A stretch of DNA of 64,000 nucleotides from the NCBI GenBank assembly GCA_965116025.1, contig OZ220480.1:1696001-1760000 (forward strand), given 5' to 3'. The DNA comes from an uncultured candidatus Porisulfidus sp. (GTDB lineage: Bacteria; Pseudomonadota; Gammaproteobacteria; Poriferisulfidales; Poriferisulfidaceae). Positions 40,439 through 51,495 of this stretch are shown piece after piece. The notes under the pieces were generated by a model. It searched no databases. It was not told the DNA's origin and saw nothing but the letters and a program-made list of their open reading frames with translations. Both the position numbers and the translations under genes were made by a program. The first letter of the stretch is position 1, and every line of letters begins with the position of its first letter.

Positions 40439-40515
40439 GCCGCCGTGGCGCAGTATTTTCCCCTGTGGACGCGGCGATGTCAATGCGGGCGCAATAAGGT
40501 AGAATTTCCCGGATC

Positions 40516-41055
40516 ATGCGACTCGCTCTACGCCACTCGGGGGCGTGGGTCGCCGGCGGAATGATTCTCCTGATCATTCTGTCGCGCATCGTTCCGCACC
40601 CCCCGAACTTCACTCCCGTGCTGGCCACGGCGATTTTCTGCGGCGCCTTGTACATGCGTCCTTCCCACGGAATAGCGATCCCGCTTTTGGGCATGGTGGC
40701 TGGAGACCTCGTTCTGGGATTTCATGCGCAGATCTGGGCCGTATACCTGGCGATCGCCTTGTGCTCGGCGCTAGGGCGCTGGACGCTGACCTCTCCTTCG
40801 GTTTGGACCACCGTGACCGCCGGCGTTTCGGGATCCGCGCTGTTCTTCTTGCTAACCAACTTCGCGGTCTGGTCGCAGGGCGATTTTTATCCGCCTACTC
40901 TAGCGGGACTCCTCGCCTGCTACGTGGCCGCGATCCCGTTTTTCCACCATACGCTGATCTCGACCGTTCTGTTCGGGCTGCTCCTTCTTGGCCTCGTTCG
41001 GGTGGCGCGAAGCCATCCGTCCTCCCGCGATCTTCTTCCCTTGCGAACTCGTTGA
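40516..41055 (+). CDS. DUF6580-like putative membrane transport protein
   Basis: SRIVPHPPNFTPV, DLVLGFH, FFLLTNFAVW, YVAAIPFF; multiple TM helices. Confidence 0.75.
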   Translation: MRLALRHSGAWVAGGMILLIILSRIVPHPPNFTPVLATAIFCGALYMRPSHGIAIPLLGMVAGDLVLGFHAQIWAVYLAIALCSALGRWTLTSPSVWTTVTAGVSGSALFFLLTNFAVWSQGDFYPPTLAGLLACYVAAIPFFHHTLISTVLFGLLLLGLVRVARSHPSSRDLLPLRTR

Positions 41056-41783
41056 TGTCTCAGAGATCGTTCGCTTGGCGAGGCCTTCTCGCGTCCGTCG
41101 GAATTCTCGCTTTATTTTCCGAGAGTCTTTCCTCTCCTCAGGAGTTGGACGGACTGTGGCGCGGCAAATTCGATATCAACGAGAAGGGATCCTACGATTT
41201 CACCGCCTTGTACGTCGATGGCGTGGTCTCGGCCTATAGCGTGGGCTCCAACGTGGTCTATCGAGGTACGGTCGTCGGGGATGATAGGAAATATCAATCC
41301 AGCATGTCCATGTTCATCCGGGATGGCTCCAAGTTTGGAACCGTGCGGCTCCACGGGACAGTGAGCGAGCGAGCCTCGGTCATCACGGCGCGCTATCTGA
41401 CGACTGGAAAAGACACGGGCGCCTTGACCTTACGCTACGATCCTCTGTTCGAGCGCGAGGTCGACGCTTCCGGCCTCGCCGGGCTATGGGAATACGCTTC
41501 CGACCAGCTCAGCATCAGCATCAACCTGATGCCGGACGGAAAGATCGAAGGCACGGACAGCGTGGGGTGCAATTACTATGGCTCCCTCGAGAAAGTCCGC
41601 CCTGGCATCAATGCCCTGACCGTGAATATGGAAATGGCTTCCTGCGGCACGGCGGACGGCCACTATATCGGGATGGCCCACGTCGAAGATGCCAAAACTC
41701 CGAATGATACCCTGCATCTGCACGTCACTAGCGAGCATTTCGGGCTGTATTACCCATTCAAGAAAGTCATGTCGTTGCGATAG
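41055..41783 (+). CDS. Hypothetical secreted beta-rich protein
   Basis: ATG overlaps the upstream TGA; signal peptide; two halves starting LDGLW/LAGLW; Cys pair GCNYYG...ASCG. Confidence 0.65.
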   Translation: MSQRSFAWRGLLASVGILALFSESLSSPQELDGLWRGKFDINEKGSYDFTALYVDGVVSAYSVGSNVVYRGTVVGDDRKYQSSMSMFIRDGSKFGTVRLHGTVSERASVITARYLTTGKDTGALTLRYDPLFEREVDASGLAGLWEYASDQLSISINLMPDGKIEGTDSVGCNYYGSLEKVRPGINALTVNMEMASCGTADGHYIGMAHVEDAKTPNDTLHLHVTSEHFGLYYPFKKVMSLR

Positions 41784-42584
41784 ATCGCCTCGGCGAAAAC
41801 TCTCCTCGACTCTCTGCCTGAAGAACTCGCGCGCACGCCGCGCGGCGTCCAGCGCGGCGCGGGGATCGTAGGCGACCCGTTGCCCCAGATAGACGCTGTC
41901 CACTCCCGGAGCGTCAAAACTGTGGAACGCGTTTTCGTAGACCACCAGCTCGACGCGCTCGGGCCGGACCGAGATCATCACTTGGCAACGTCGCGCCGGC
42001 GTCCACCGATCCTGCCCTCCTATCAAGATCAGCAGGTCCGTGTAGGAATTGCTGAACTGATCCAGGCACCAAGGCGATATCGCGATGGCTCCGGCGAAAG
42101 GCCGCCTCTCGTTCAGGTCGTCGTGCAGAGCGAGCAGAACCGTCGTCGCCCCATGCGAGAATCCGGTCAAATAGATTTCCTGATCGACCGACCAAGGCTG
42201 TTCCATCAGCCAGCGCTTCGCCGCGTGCGCGTCTCGCGCTCGATGCCAAGTCGGGATGTCGAACAGGCTACCGCAGATATTGTCTCTTCCCCGTGGTCCG
42301 AAACTGTCCACCTGCAGCACCGCGAAGCCCCAGTTCAGATAGCGCTCGAGCCAAGGATTTGAGCGCGTGGGCCAAATTCCATTGCAACCATGCATATCCA
42401 CGATGGCTGGGCTCGGGCCCTTCCCTTCCGGCCGATAAAGATACGCCCGCAATTCGATCATTTCCTCGGACTGGTATACCGGCGCGGTAAAGCGGATCTC
42501 CTGCGGAGGCGGGAGGCCCACGGCTGCCGCGCACCAGAATCCTGGCGCGGCCACGGACCAGATCAGCGTCTTACGCATCGACAT
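41484..42584 (-). CDS. Dienelactone hydrolase family protein with a 3' read-through extension
   Basis: Signal peptide; MHGCNG, VDSFGPRG, GFSHGA (Ser), DRW, HSFD. The family-like sequence ends near 41810 but the ORF continues to 41484. Confidence 0.8.
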   Translation of the reverse strand: MSMRKTLIWSVAAPGFWCAAAVGLPPPQEIRFTAPVYQSEEMIELRAYLYRPEGKGPSPAIVDMHGCNGIWPTRSNPWLERYLNWGFAVLQVDSFGPRGRDNICGSLFDIPTWHRARDAHAAKRWLMEQPWSVDQEIYLTGFSHGATTVLLALHDDLNERRPFAGAIAISPWCLDQFSNSYTDLLILIGGQDRWTPARRCQVMISVRPERVELVVYENAFHSFDAPGVDSVYLGQRVAYDPRAALDAARRAREFFRQRVEESFRRGDLSQRHDFLEWVIQPEMLASDVQMQGIIRSFGIFDVGHPDIVAVRRAAGSHFHIHGQGIDARADFLEGAIVIAPHAVRAFDLSVRHQVDADAELVGSVFP

Positions 42585-43116
42585 GCCCCGCCAAACGGCG
42601 ATATCGGCGCTGGAGGTCAATAAGCGAATAAGCGGCGTTGGCCGGACTTGGGTTGGGCGTCACATACACTCGCGCTCCCCCGATTTGGCGTGGTTGCTTT
42701 CCCCAGCGAATCATGGCGGGAGTCTCTCCGAGCGCGTATCTCAAAAACCCACGATATGCCTGTTTGCCGTGAAACCAGACCCATGCGGGGCGAATCTCCT
42801 CAATGAGAAGCGACAGGCGTGGCGCATCGCGCCGAAAATCCGCGGCTCGCAACTCATGTCCCTGCCGACTTGCCCGTTTCACGACATCGGTGAATCCTAT
42901 GCGGTCCCGCTCCAGAAGCGTCTGGTGAAAGGACCGGGACGGCTCGCCTTGAGTGCGGGCCAGCCCGGATTTCTCGAAAGCCGTCCAGAAACGATTCCGC
43001 GGGTTCGCGAAATAGAAGCCTTCGCGGACGGAAAGAGTAGAAGGATTCAACCCTACGGAGAGAACGCGCAGGCCCGAGTCCACGTAATCTGGCAATGTCG
43101 CGCGGGATGGCTCCAT
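42571..43116 (-). CDS. mug: Mismatch-specific uracil/thymine DNA glycosylase (Mug/TDG family)
   Basis: LPDYVDSGLRVLSVGLNPS, FANPRNRFW, IGFTDVVKR, PNPSPAN. Confidence 0.85.
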   Translation of the reverse strand: MEPSRATLPDYVDSGLRVLSVGLNPSTLSVREGFYFANPRNRFWTAFEKSGLARTQGEPSRSFHQTLLERDRIGFTDVVKRASRQGHELRAADFRRDAPRLSLLIEEIRPAWVWFHGKQAYRGFLRYALGETPAMIRWGKQPRQIGGARVYVTPNPSPANAAYSLIDLQRRYRRLAGHVDA

Positions 43117-43131
43117 GCGTCGCGTCGCTCG

Positions 43132-44205
43132 TTACTTGAATAGTTCCGCTTGACCGGACAGAACGCGAAACCGGTCGGTCCGCAAGGAATGGCGGTGCCC
43201 AGCCAAGTTATGCCGCCTGCAGGCCAACTCGAAGCGTTGCCGCAACAATCGCGCGAACTCCCCTTGCCCACTCATGCGTCGACCGAATTTCGGGTCGTAG
43301 TCAACCCCGCCGTGCATGCTTCGAACCACGTCCATGATCCTGTCGGCGCGTTCTGGGACATGTCGCTCGAGCCATTCCCGAAACAACTTCTTTAACTCAT
43401 GCGGCAGGCGCAGGATCACGTACCCGACGCAATAGGCCCCACATCGCGCGGCCGCTTGAATGATCTTTTCCAGTTCCTGATCATTCAAGAACGGAATCAT
43501 CGGGGCTGCCAAGACCCCCACCGGAATGCCGGCCTTCGACAACGTCCGCACCAGATCCACCCGGACGTGAGGAGCCCCAGCGCGTGGCTCAAGAATTCGG
43601 CTCAGTCCGGTGTCCAGCGTGGTGACGGATACTACCACCTCCGCGAGACCGTCTCGAGCCATATCCTGAAGAATGCCAAGATCCCGCTCAATCAGTCCCG
43701 ACTTGGTGATCACCGAGACCGGATGACGGAATTCTCGCAGGACTTCTAGAATCGAGCGGGTGATCTTAAGTTTTCGCTCGATCGGCTGATAAGCGTCCGT
43801 GTTGTAGCCAAGGCCAATGGTTCCACACTGATAGCGAGGCGCGCTGATTTCCCGAGCCAGCACATCCGCGGCGTTCGTCTTGCAGAAAATCCTGGTCTCG
43901 AAATCCAGACCTGGCGATAGACCCAGATAAGCGTGGTTGGGCCGCGCGAAGCAGTATGCGCATCCATGCTCACAACCACGGTAAGGATTCGCGGAGCGGT
44001 CTAGCGAGATATCTGGAGACTGGTTGTACGTGATGAGGCTCTTCGCCGGAGCGTCGAAGTAGCGCGTCTCCAGGGAATCTTCCTCATATTCGCGACCGTC
44101 ATGCTGAAATTCGATTCTTTCTGAATCATACCGGCCCGGCGGGTTGCTGATAGATCCCCGACCTTTCCGATAGGTCCATTGAACAGGGCTTTCGGCTGGG
44201 TTCAC
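43132..44205 (-). CDS. PA0069-family radical SAM protein (spore photoproduct lyase-like superfamily)
   Basis: NPYRGCEHGCAYCFARPNHAYLGLSPGLDFET, NTDAYQPIER, TKS, LEPR, APMIPFLND, LRLPHE. Confidence 0.88.
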   Translation of the reverse strand: MNPAESPVQWTYRKGRGSISNPPGRYDSERIEFQHDGREYEEDSLETRYFDAPAKSLITYNQSPDISLDRSANPYRGCEHGCAYCFARPNHAYLGLSPGLDFETRIFCKTNAADVLAREISAPRYQCGTIGLGYNTDAYQPIERKLKITRSILEVLREFRHPVSVITKSGLIERDLGILQDMARDGLAEVVVSVTTLDTGLSRILEPRAGAPHVRVDLVRTLSKAGIPVGVLAAPMIPFLNDQELEKIIQAAARCGAYCVGYVILRLPHELKKLFREWLERHVPERADRIMDVVRSMHGGVDYDPKFGRRMSGQGEFARLLRQRFELACRRHNLAGHRHSLRTDRFRVLSGQAELFK

Positions 44206-45839
44206 TTTACCAAGTTGATACGGATGGGGTCCGCGAATGATGGTATCACCAAACGCGCCATAATTTGCTGTTTAATTCCATATCACGGCGCGTGAGCAGA
44301 AATCAGGACGCAGAAAGTTCGCAAGCATCCTTGATGGCATGCATGGGAACAAGAGAAGTTTGGTGAGGCAAATCGAGAAGCATGGCGCCTTCAGCGAGGT
44401 CCGGCTTCCATCGCCCCGCCGCGCTCGAGCGGCTCGCGCCGCCGGTAGTCTTTGAATTCCTTCCTCCGCCGCGGGTCTCGGCGGGCGCGGTCCGCGCGCG
44501 GAGCGCGCTCACGCGCTATTTCTACCCGCGCGCGCTCACCACCGGAGGGAGGCGCGCAAGGCGATCCGGCTCTCGCCGCCGGTCTCCGCCTCCAGCGCCA
44601 GCGCCAGCGTCTCGCCACGGCGGTAGCGCGTCCCCAATCGCAGCAGCGCCAACCCGGACTCCTCCACCGACAGCCCCGCGTACGGCGTCGCCAGTCCCGC
44701 CCACGGCCCCGACAGCCCCTGACCCACCTCCGCCTCCAGCCGCGTCCGAGCCTCCGCCTCCCCCAGCCTCGCCGACGACCCCTCCCGCGCGAACAGCCGC
44801 GCCAGCCCGCTCCCCGCGTCGCCCCGACCCAGCGACAGCCGCAGCGACGGACCCCGACCGCTCGCCTCCGGCGTCACCGACATCCGCGCGCTCGCGCTCC
44901 ACTCGTCGCGATCCGCCTCGTGCGCCACCAGCATGCGCGTCCGAAGCTCCACCGACATCCGGCCCGTCCCATCCAAGTACGACACGCTCGCCCCCAGCTC
45001 CGCCCCCGCCCCGTCCGTCGCGTCGCCGGCGTCAGCCGGCCCCCATCCTCCAAGACCCGCTCCCGCGACCCCTCCAGCGCCAGCCGAACGCGGCTCGCGT
45101 CCACCGACAGCCCCTCCAGCCCGTCCTCCGCGTCCGTCCGCGCCCGCGCCAGCGAGCCTTCCCCCCGCAGCTCCAATCGCAGAACGTCTCCCCCCGCGCC
45201 CGAGCGCTCCGACAGCGTCCGCCAGCCCCCCGCCGACGCGCTCCGCGTCCGCAAGTCCGCCTCCCGCGTCGCCTGACCGTCCTCCCGCACCCGAACCTTC
45301 CCGCGCCCGTAGCTCGCGCTCGCCCACAAGCTCGACCCGTCCTCCAAAAGCCACGCCACATACGGGCGCACCGACGCCAGCCGCGTCTCGTGCCGCCCCC
45401 GAACCCCGTCCGCCTCCGTGTCCAGATCGCCCTCCGCATAAGACGCCGCCACCCCCGCCAGAACGTCCGGGCGCGCCCGAAAGTCCACCCCGGCGTGCGC
45501 CGACCACACCTCCCCGTCCCAGGACACCCCGTCCTCCGACCCGTCCAGCGACGACAGCGCCCCGCGAACCCACGCCGACGCCACCCGGCTCCCGTCCGCC
45601 CCGGTCAGCCCCGTCGCCAGCGCCATCCCGGACAGCGCCGCCCGCCAGTCCGGCCCGTCCGCGCCCGCCCCCGACGCCAGCGCCGCGCCCAGGTCCAGCG
45701 CCTCCGGCTCCACCCCCGACGCCGCGACCTCGATCCGCTGGGCGATCACCCCGGTCGCCTGCGCCACCGCCGCCGCCAGCGCCTGCGGCAGCGCCGCCGC
45801 GTTCACCCGGCTCGCCCGCGCCGCCGCCCCCAGCCGGTC

Positions 45840-48425
45840 GCTCACTATCCCGTCCGCCAGGGCGTCCGCCCCCACCGCGTAGCCCGTCCCCGCCAGCAGC
45901 TCGACCCGGTACGCCTCCTCCCCCTCCGACCCCTGATCCCCTGCCGTCGGGATCAGCACCATCCCCGTCATCCCCGCCTCTGCCCCGAAGTTCGCCTGGA
46001 AGTCCCGCGGGCCCAGCCCGCCCTCCACGTCCTCCGCGTCGAAGCCGCTGTCCTCCCGCGCCGACAGCCTCAGGCGAACCGCCAGCATGCCCGTCACCGC
46101 CTTGTCCGACGCCACCGTCAGCCGGATCGCCTCCCCCTCCGCCGTCACCGACGGATCCATCGATAATTGCAGGATCGGCGTCGTCTCCGACACCGACACC
46201 GACACGTCCGACAGCGTCGCCGCGTCGTAGCCCCCGCCCGCGATCGCGTGCGTCAGCGTCACCGCCGCCTCCGCCTCCGCGTCCTCGTCCGCCGCCGCCG
46301 ACACCGTCACCGTCCGCGCCGTCGACCAGCTCGCCGCCGTGAACGTCAGGCTCGTCGGCGCCGCCGACACGTCTCCCGACGCCCCGCCCACCGTCACCAC
46401 CACGTCCCCCGCCTCCGGCGGCGGAATGTGCAGAACCACCGTGTACGCCGCGCTCCCGCCCTCCACGACCGTCAGCTCCGTCGGCGCCACCGTTCCCCCC
46501 GGATCGTCCTCCGTCACCGACACCGACACCGACCCGAACGCCACCGCGTCGTAGCCCCCGCCCGTCGCCGAGTGCGTCAGCCGCGTCGACGGGTCCGGCA
46601 TCGTGTCGTCGTCCGACGCCGCCGACACCGTCACCGCCTGCGCCGTCGACCAGCTCGCCGTCGTGAACGTCAGGCGCGTCGGCGCCGCCGACACGTCTCC
46701 CGACGCCCCGCCCACCGACACCGTCACCGCCGCCGACGGCTCCGCCCCCAGAACCACCGTGTACGAGCCGCTCCCGCCCTCCGCCACCGTCAGCGCCGCC
46801 GTCGACACCGTCGCGCTCGCCGCGTCGTCGTCCTTCACCGTCACCGTCACGCTCCCCGCCGTCACGCTCCCGTAGCCCGACACCGCGTGGCTCACCGTCA
46901 CCTCCTCGTCGCCCACGTCGTTGTCCTGAACCCCGGACACCGTCACCGTCTGGGCCATCGACCAGTTCGCCGTCGTGAACGCCAGCGACCCCGACGCCGT
47001 CGCCGCCCCCGGGTCCGAGCTCGACGGCGCCACCGTCACGCCTCCCTCCGGCTTCGTGTTCAGCCGCACCGTGTACGTTCGGGTTCCGTCCTCGGCCACC
47101 GTCAGCTCCGACCGCGACAGGATCACCCCCGGCGCCGCCGTCGGCGTCGCCTTCACCTCCGTCGAATAGCCGTTCTCCGGCGCCCGCGTCCCGTCGGGCG
47201 CCTCGGCGTACATCCGGAACGTGTACTCCACGCCATTGCGAAACCCCGTGCCCTCGCCCCGCTCCACGGCGCTCGTCTGGCTTCCGCGAACGCGGCGAGT
47301 GCCCCACTCGGGCGGCATTTTCGCCCGGCTCTCGTCGTTCGTGTATTGGTAGACCCACCACGCCACCCCCGGCTGGGCGTCCCAGCTCAGCGTCACCGAG
47401 CGGTCGCCCGCCGTCGCCATCAGCGTCGGCGTCGCCAGCCCCGCCGTCGGCGTCGCCGGCTCCGGCGACGACGCCGGGCCCGCCCCGGCCGAGTTCCGCG
47501 CCCGAACCTGAAACTGATACCGCGCGCCGTTGTCCAGCCCCGTCACCGCGTGGCTTCGGGTCGCCGCCACCGAACCGGAGATGCTGGTCCACCCGCCCCA
47601 TCGGGCCGCCCTCTTCTTCCGCCTCATCTGCCAGGCCGCGATCGACGCGTCCGCCCGCGGGAGCGTCCACGACAGCGTCACCTGACCGTCGCCCGCCGCC
47701 GTCGACAGGGTCGGCCTGCCGGAGGGCTTGACCACCGTCGCCGCCGCCCCGTCGCCCAGCGTCCCGTCCGCGCGCCGCGCCGACGCCGAGGCCGCCACCG
47801 CGTAGCCCGTATCGTCCATCAGCGTGATCCGGTAGGTCTCGTCGCCCTCCGTCTCCGCGTCCGCCACCGTCCTGATCGTCACCGTCCCCGCGTGCGACGC
47901 GGCGGAGCCGAACTCCGCGACGAAATCCCGCTCCAGCGCCCCCACGATATCGGCCGCGTCGAAGCCGCTGGCGTCCCGCGCCGCCAGCCGCAGGCGCACC
48001 GAGAGGTCGCCCGTCAGCGCCTTGTCCGACGTGATCGTCAGGCTGATCGCCGTCCCCTCCGTCACCTTCGCCGGATCGGTCGACAGCCGCAGCGTCGGCG
48101 TCGCGTCCGACACCGTCACGACGACGGCGTCCACGCTCAGCGCCGAGCCGTAGGCCGCGTCCCCGCTGGACGCCGCGTGCGTCAGCGTCGCCACGTCGTC
48201 CTCCACGTCCTCGTCCGTTCCCGCCGACACCGTCACCGTCTGGGCCGTCGCCCAATTCGCCGTCGTGAACGTCAGCGGCGCGCCCGACGCCGTCACCTCC
48301 CCCGACGCCCCGCCCACCGACACCGTCACCGGCGCCGACGGCGCCGCGTCCAGAACCACCGCGTACGACCCGCTCCCGCCCTCCTCCACCGTCAGCTCCG
48401 TCGGCGCCACCGACACCCCCGCCGA
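45840..48425 (-). repeat. Internal domain duplications in the autotransporter gene
   Basis: Near-identical stretches at about 46290-46400, 46615-46730 and 48220-48330. A longer repeat+TP.L.LS.DP block occurs twice (about 45840-46500 and 47750-48420). Confidence 0.8.
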
Positions 48426-51364
48426 CGCCGCCGGCGTCACCCCCGCCGAGGCGTCCGACGCGGCGCCCACGCCCTCGCCGTTCACCGCCCGAACCCGGAA
48501 GCGATACTCCGCCCCGTTCTCCAGCCCCGACACCACGTGGCTCGTCGACGTCGCGTCCGTGCCTTCCATGTTGGCCCAGTCCTCCCAAGCGGCGCTCCCC
48601 TTCTTCCATTGAACCCGCCAGACCGTCACCGTGTCGTCGTCCAGATCGTCCCAGCTCAGCGTCGCCCGCCCGGCGCCCGGCGACGCCGCCAGCCCGGTCG
48701 GCTTCGCCGGAACCGCCGTCGCCGCCTCCGCCACCGTCACCTTCACGCTCCCCGCCTCCGGGATGAAGTCCGCGCTCGCCCCGGCGAGCCGAAAGGCGTG
48801 CGTGAGCGTCGCCGTCCCCGCCGCCACCCCGGACACCGTCACCGTCCGCGCCATGGCGGCGTTGGCCTGGGTGAACGTCAGGACTGGCGGCGACGCCGTC
48901 GCCTTCCCCGGCGCCGAGCTCGCGATCGTCAGCGTCCCGGAATCGCCCACCGTGATCAACGCGTCACCGTGCAGGGCCACCGTGTAGGTCGCGGTCCCGT
49001 TCGGCTCCACCGACACCGGCGCCCCCGCGAGGGTCAGCGCCGACCGGGCGGCGCTGGCGTTGGTCATCGTCGCCTCCGCCGCGTTCGACCACGGGCCAAA
49101 TCGGTTGCCAAAACCCCCCGCGCTCCAAGCCCTGCCAGAATGCCGAACCTGATACTCGATCACCGCGCCGTTCAGCCAGTTCGCCGAATCGTCGTAACTT
49201 CGGGTATGGGGCTGGGAGAGGCGCATCCACGTCGACGAGCCCCATCCGGTCTTCCCTTTCCTCCTGGATCGAAAATACCAGTCATTGAGATGGCTGCCGT
49301 CCGTCACGACCGCGTGCGGGTCCGCGTCCGCCACCACCCAGCTCAGCCCCGCCGCGCCGCCGGCCTTCGCCGCGACGCTCAAGGTCGGCGCCACCGCCGC
49401 CTTCGGCGTCCCCGCGTCCGCGTCCGAGACCAGGCCATTCCCGTTATCGCTCACCGCCCGAACCTGAAACCCGTACGTCGTCCCGTTCGTCAGATCCCCC
49501 ACATCGTAGTGGGTCGTGCCGGCGCCCGAGCTCGGAACGTCCATCCAGGCGCCGTAGCTCCCGGTCCCCTCCTTCCGCCGATACTGCCACTTGGTGATGG
49601 TCGCGTCGCCCGGATCCGTCCACGACAGCCGCGCCCGACCGTCCCCCGGCTGAACCGAGAAGCCGGCCGGCTTCTCCGGAACCGACAGCTCGCGCACCGT
49701 CACCGACACGCTCCCCGCGTCCGCGAACGCCGCCGCCGACTTCCCCGCGTACGTGAACCCGTGCGTGAGCGTCGCCGTCCCCGCCGCCACTCCGGTCACC
49801 GTCACCGTCTGCGCCACGTTCCAGCTCGACGACGTGAACGTCAGCCGCGACGGCTCGACCGTCGCCTTCCCCGCGTCCGAGCTCGACGCCGACACCACCC
49901 CCGACAGCGCCTCCGACAGCGCCACCGCGTAGGTCGCGCCGCCCGTCCGCTCCACGCTCACCGTGGCGGGAGTCAGCGACAGCAACGGCTTGTTCGCGTT
50001 GACCACCGTGGCCTCGACCGTGTCGCTCCAGGGCCCGGGGTCCGAGGCGTTCACCCCCCGCGCCTGATACTCCAGAACCTCGCCGTTGAAAAACCCGGAC
50101 GTCACCACCTCATGCGATCTCGCGCTCCCGTCCGACCCGGGGATCGAGACCTCCGTCCAGTCGGCTTCCCCTTCCCCCTTCCGCCGCCAGCGATAGTCGA
50201 AGCTCGTCGAGCCGTGACGCAAGCGCACGCCCCAGCTCAGCCGCGCCATGTCCTCGCTCGCGGTCGCGCTCAGGCTCGTCAGGCTCAGCGGCGGCGCCAC
50301 CCGAACGGTCACCGTCGTCGAGGTCGTCCCCGCCGGATCCGCGCTGCCGTCCACCCCCCGCCAGCTCCAGGTCACCGTGTGCTTCCCCAAACCCAGATCC
50401 GCGCAGGGACTCAGGTTCGTGTTGGGACCACGACTCGACACGCCGGGAATCTCGCTCGTGACCTCCACGCCGATTTTCGAGTCCTTAAGCGCCGAATGCG
50501 CCGGAACCGCGGTCATCCCGGACCGCGTCTCCAGATACTTCGTCCCGCCCTGCTCCACCGAAAGCAGGTTGAAGCACTCCCGCACCGTCGACTTCCCGGA
50601 AGGCTTGTTCGCGATGAAATCCGCCCTTGAGACTAGCGTCGGGGCCGGCTTCCGCGGCGTGGCCTCCACCCAGCCCTGGTTGTTGGCGGTGCTTATGGCG
50701 ATCACGGTCCGGCCCCCCGGACCCACCAGCCGAACCCGGAAGACGCCTCGCTCGCCGTCGCCGTTCGCGGGCGCCCCATACGAGGCTTTTCTCGTGCTGA
50801 CGCCGCCATCCAAATCGAGCCAACGGCCCTCTCCGTTCCGGTCCCGAAGCCGGATCCACTCGACCTGCCAGCTCACCGCCCCATCGGTGGAGCCCTTGTA
50901 ATTCCAAAAAAGATCGAACCCACGATCCACTCCTACCACCCTGAGGCTGACCTGCGGCAACGTCACGGAGCGCTCGTTGGAACTGGTCGCTAGTGTCGCC
51001 CCGCTCCGGTTAATGGAGACCACGGCCTGGAAGTAGTAAGTCTGGCCAGCGGTCAGGTCCGACACGACGTGCGACCCCGAGCTCTTTCCCGCGGAGCCGG
51101 GAATAAGATTCCAGCCGCCATAGCTTCCCGAGGAGGTCCCGTACCGGTACTCCCATTTCTGGATATTGCCCGCGATGCCCGTTGAGTAGTTCAGCGTGAC
51201 CTTCCCGAGTCCCGGACCCGGGGCGACGGTGATACTAGTGGCCCAGGCGACCCGCGGCGCGAGCGCGCAAAGCGCGAGAAAAGCGGCGGCGAGAACGGCC
51301 GCGCTCAGGCGGCGGGCATCGCTCCCGAGACGGCCATCCACCGCCTCAGCCCCGCCACCATATA

Positions 51365-51383
51365 GGGGGGGGGGGGGGGGGGG
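51365..51383 (+). repeat. G19 homopolymer (C19 on the coding strand)
   Basis: 19 consecutive G; by far the longest homopolymer seen in the window. Confidence 0.95.
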
Positions 51384-51495
51384 CAGCGGATACGGAGGAG
51401 CGCGCGTCAGGCCCCAAGCGCCCGACCCGCGGCGTCGCCAATACAGTCGTCATCTCTCTCGTATCTCCCTCGCTCCCACGCGCGCGGCGCGCGAC

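Larger units (their letters stand above)
44536..51453 (-). pseudogene. Giant autotransporter adhesin (about 8 FN3-like domains plus Calx-beta/cadherin-like repeats and a C-terminal beta-barrel), out of frame at two points as assembled
   Basis: Main ORF 44874-51341 has a signal peptide ending VAWA, FN3 motifs (LSW...WQYR...GLENGAEYRFRVRAVN) and LTFTTANW..AQTVTV repeats. The barrel C-terminus (...RIALRASLRW) is in another frame, 44536 to about 45030. The upstream ATG 51453 is separated from the main frame by a C19 tract. Confidence 0.85.

Noticed and set aside
45840-48425. Repeats considered as a CRISPR array or a DGR template/variable pair
   Set aside because: They are in-frame protein-domain duplications without regular spacers. 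Differences are not obviously adenine-specific, and no cas or reverse transcriptase gene is present.
44382-50630. Very long + strand ORFs (44382-46166, 44933-46342, 46167-50630) and most of minus ORF 44536-48609
   Set aside because: Arg/Pro/Gly-rich shadow frames of the extremely GC-biased autotransporter. Only the last ~165 codons of 44536-48609 are credible coding sequence (the barrel end).
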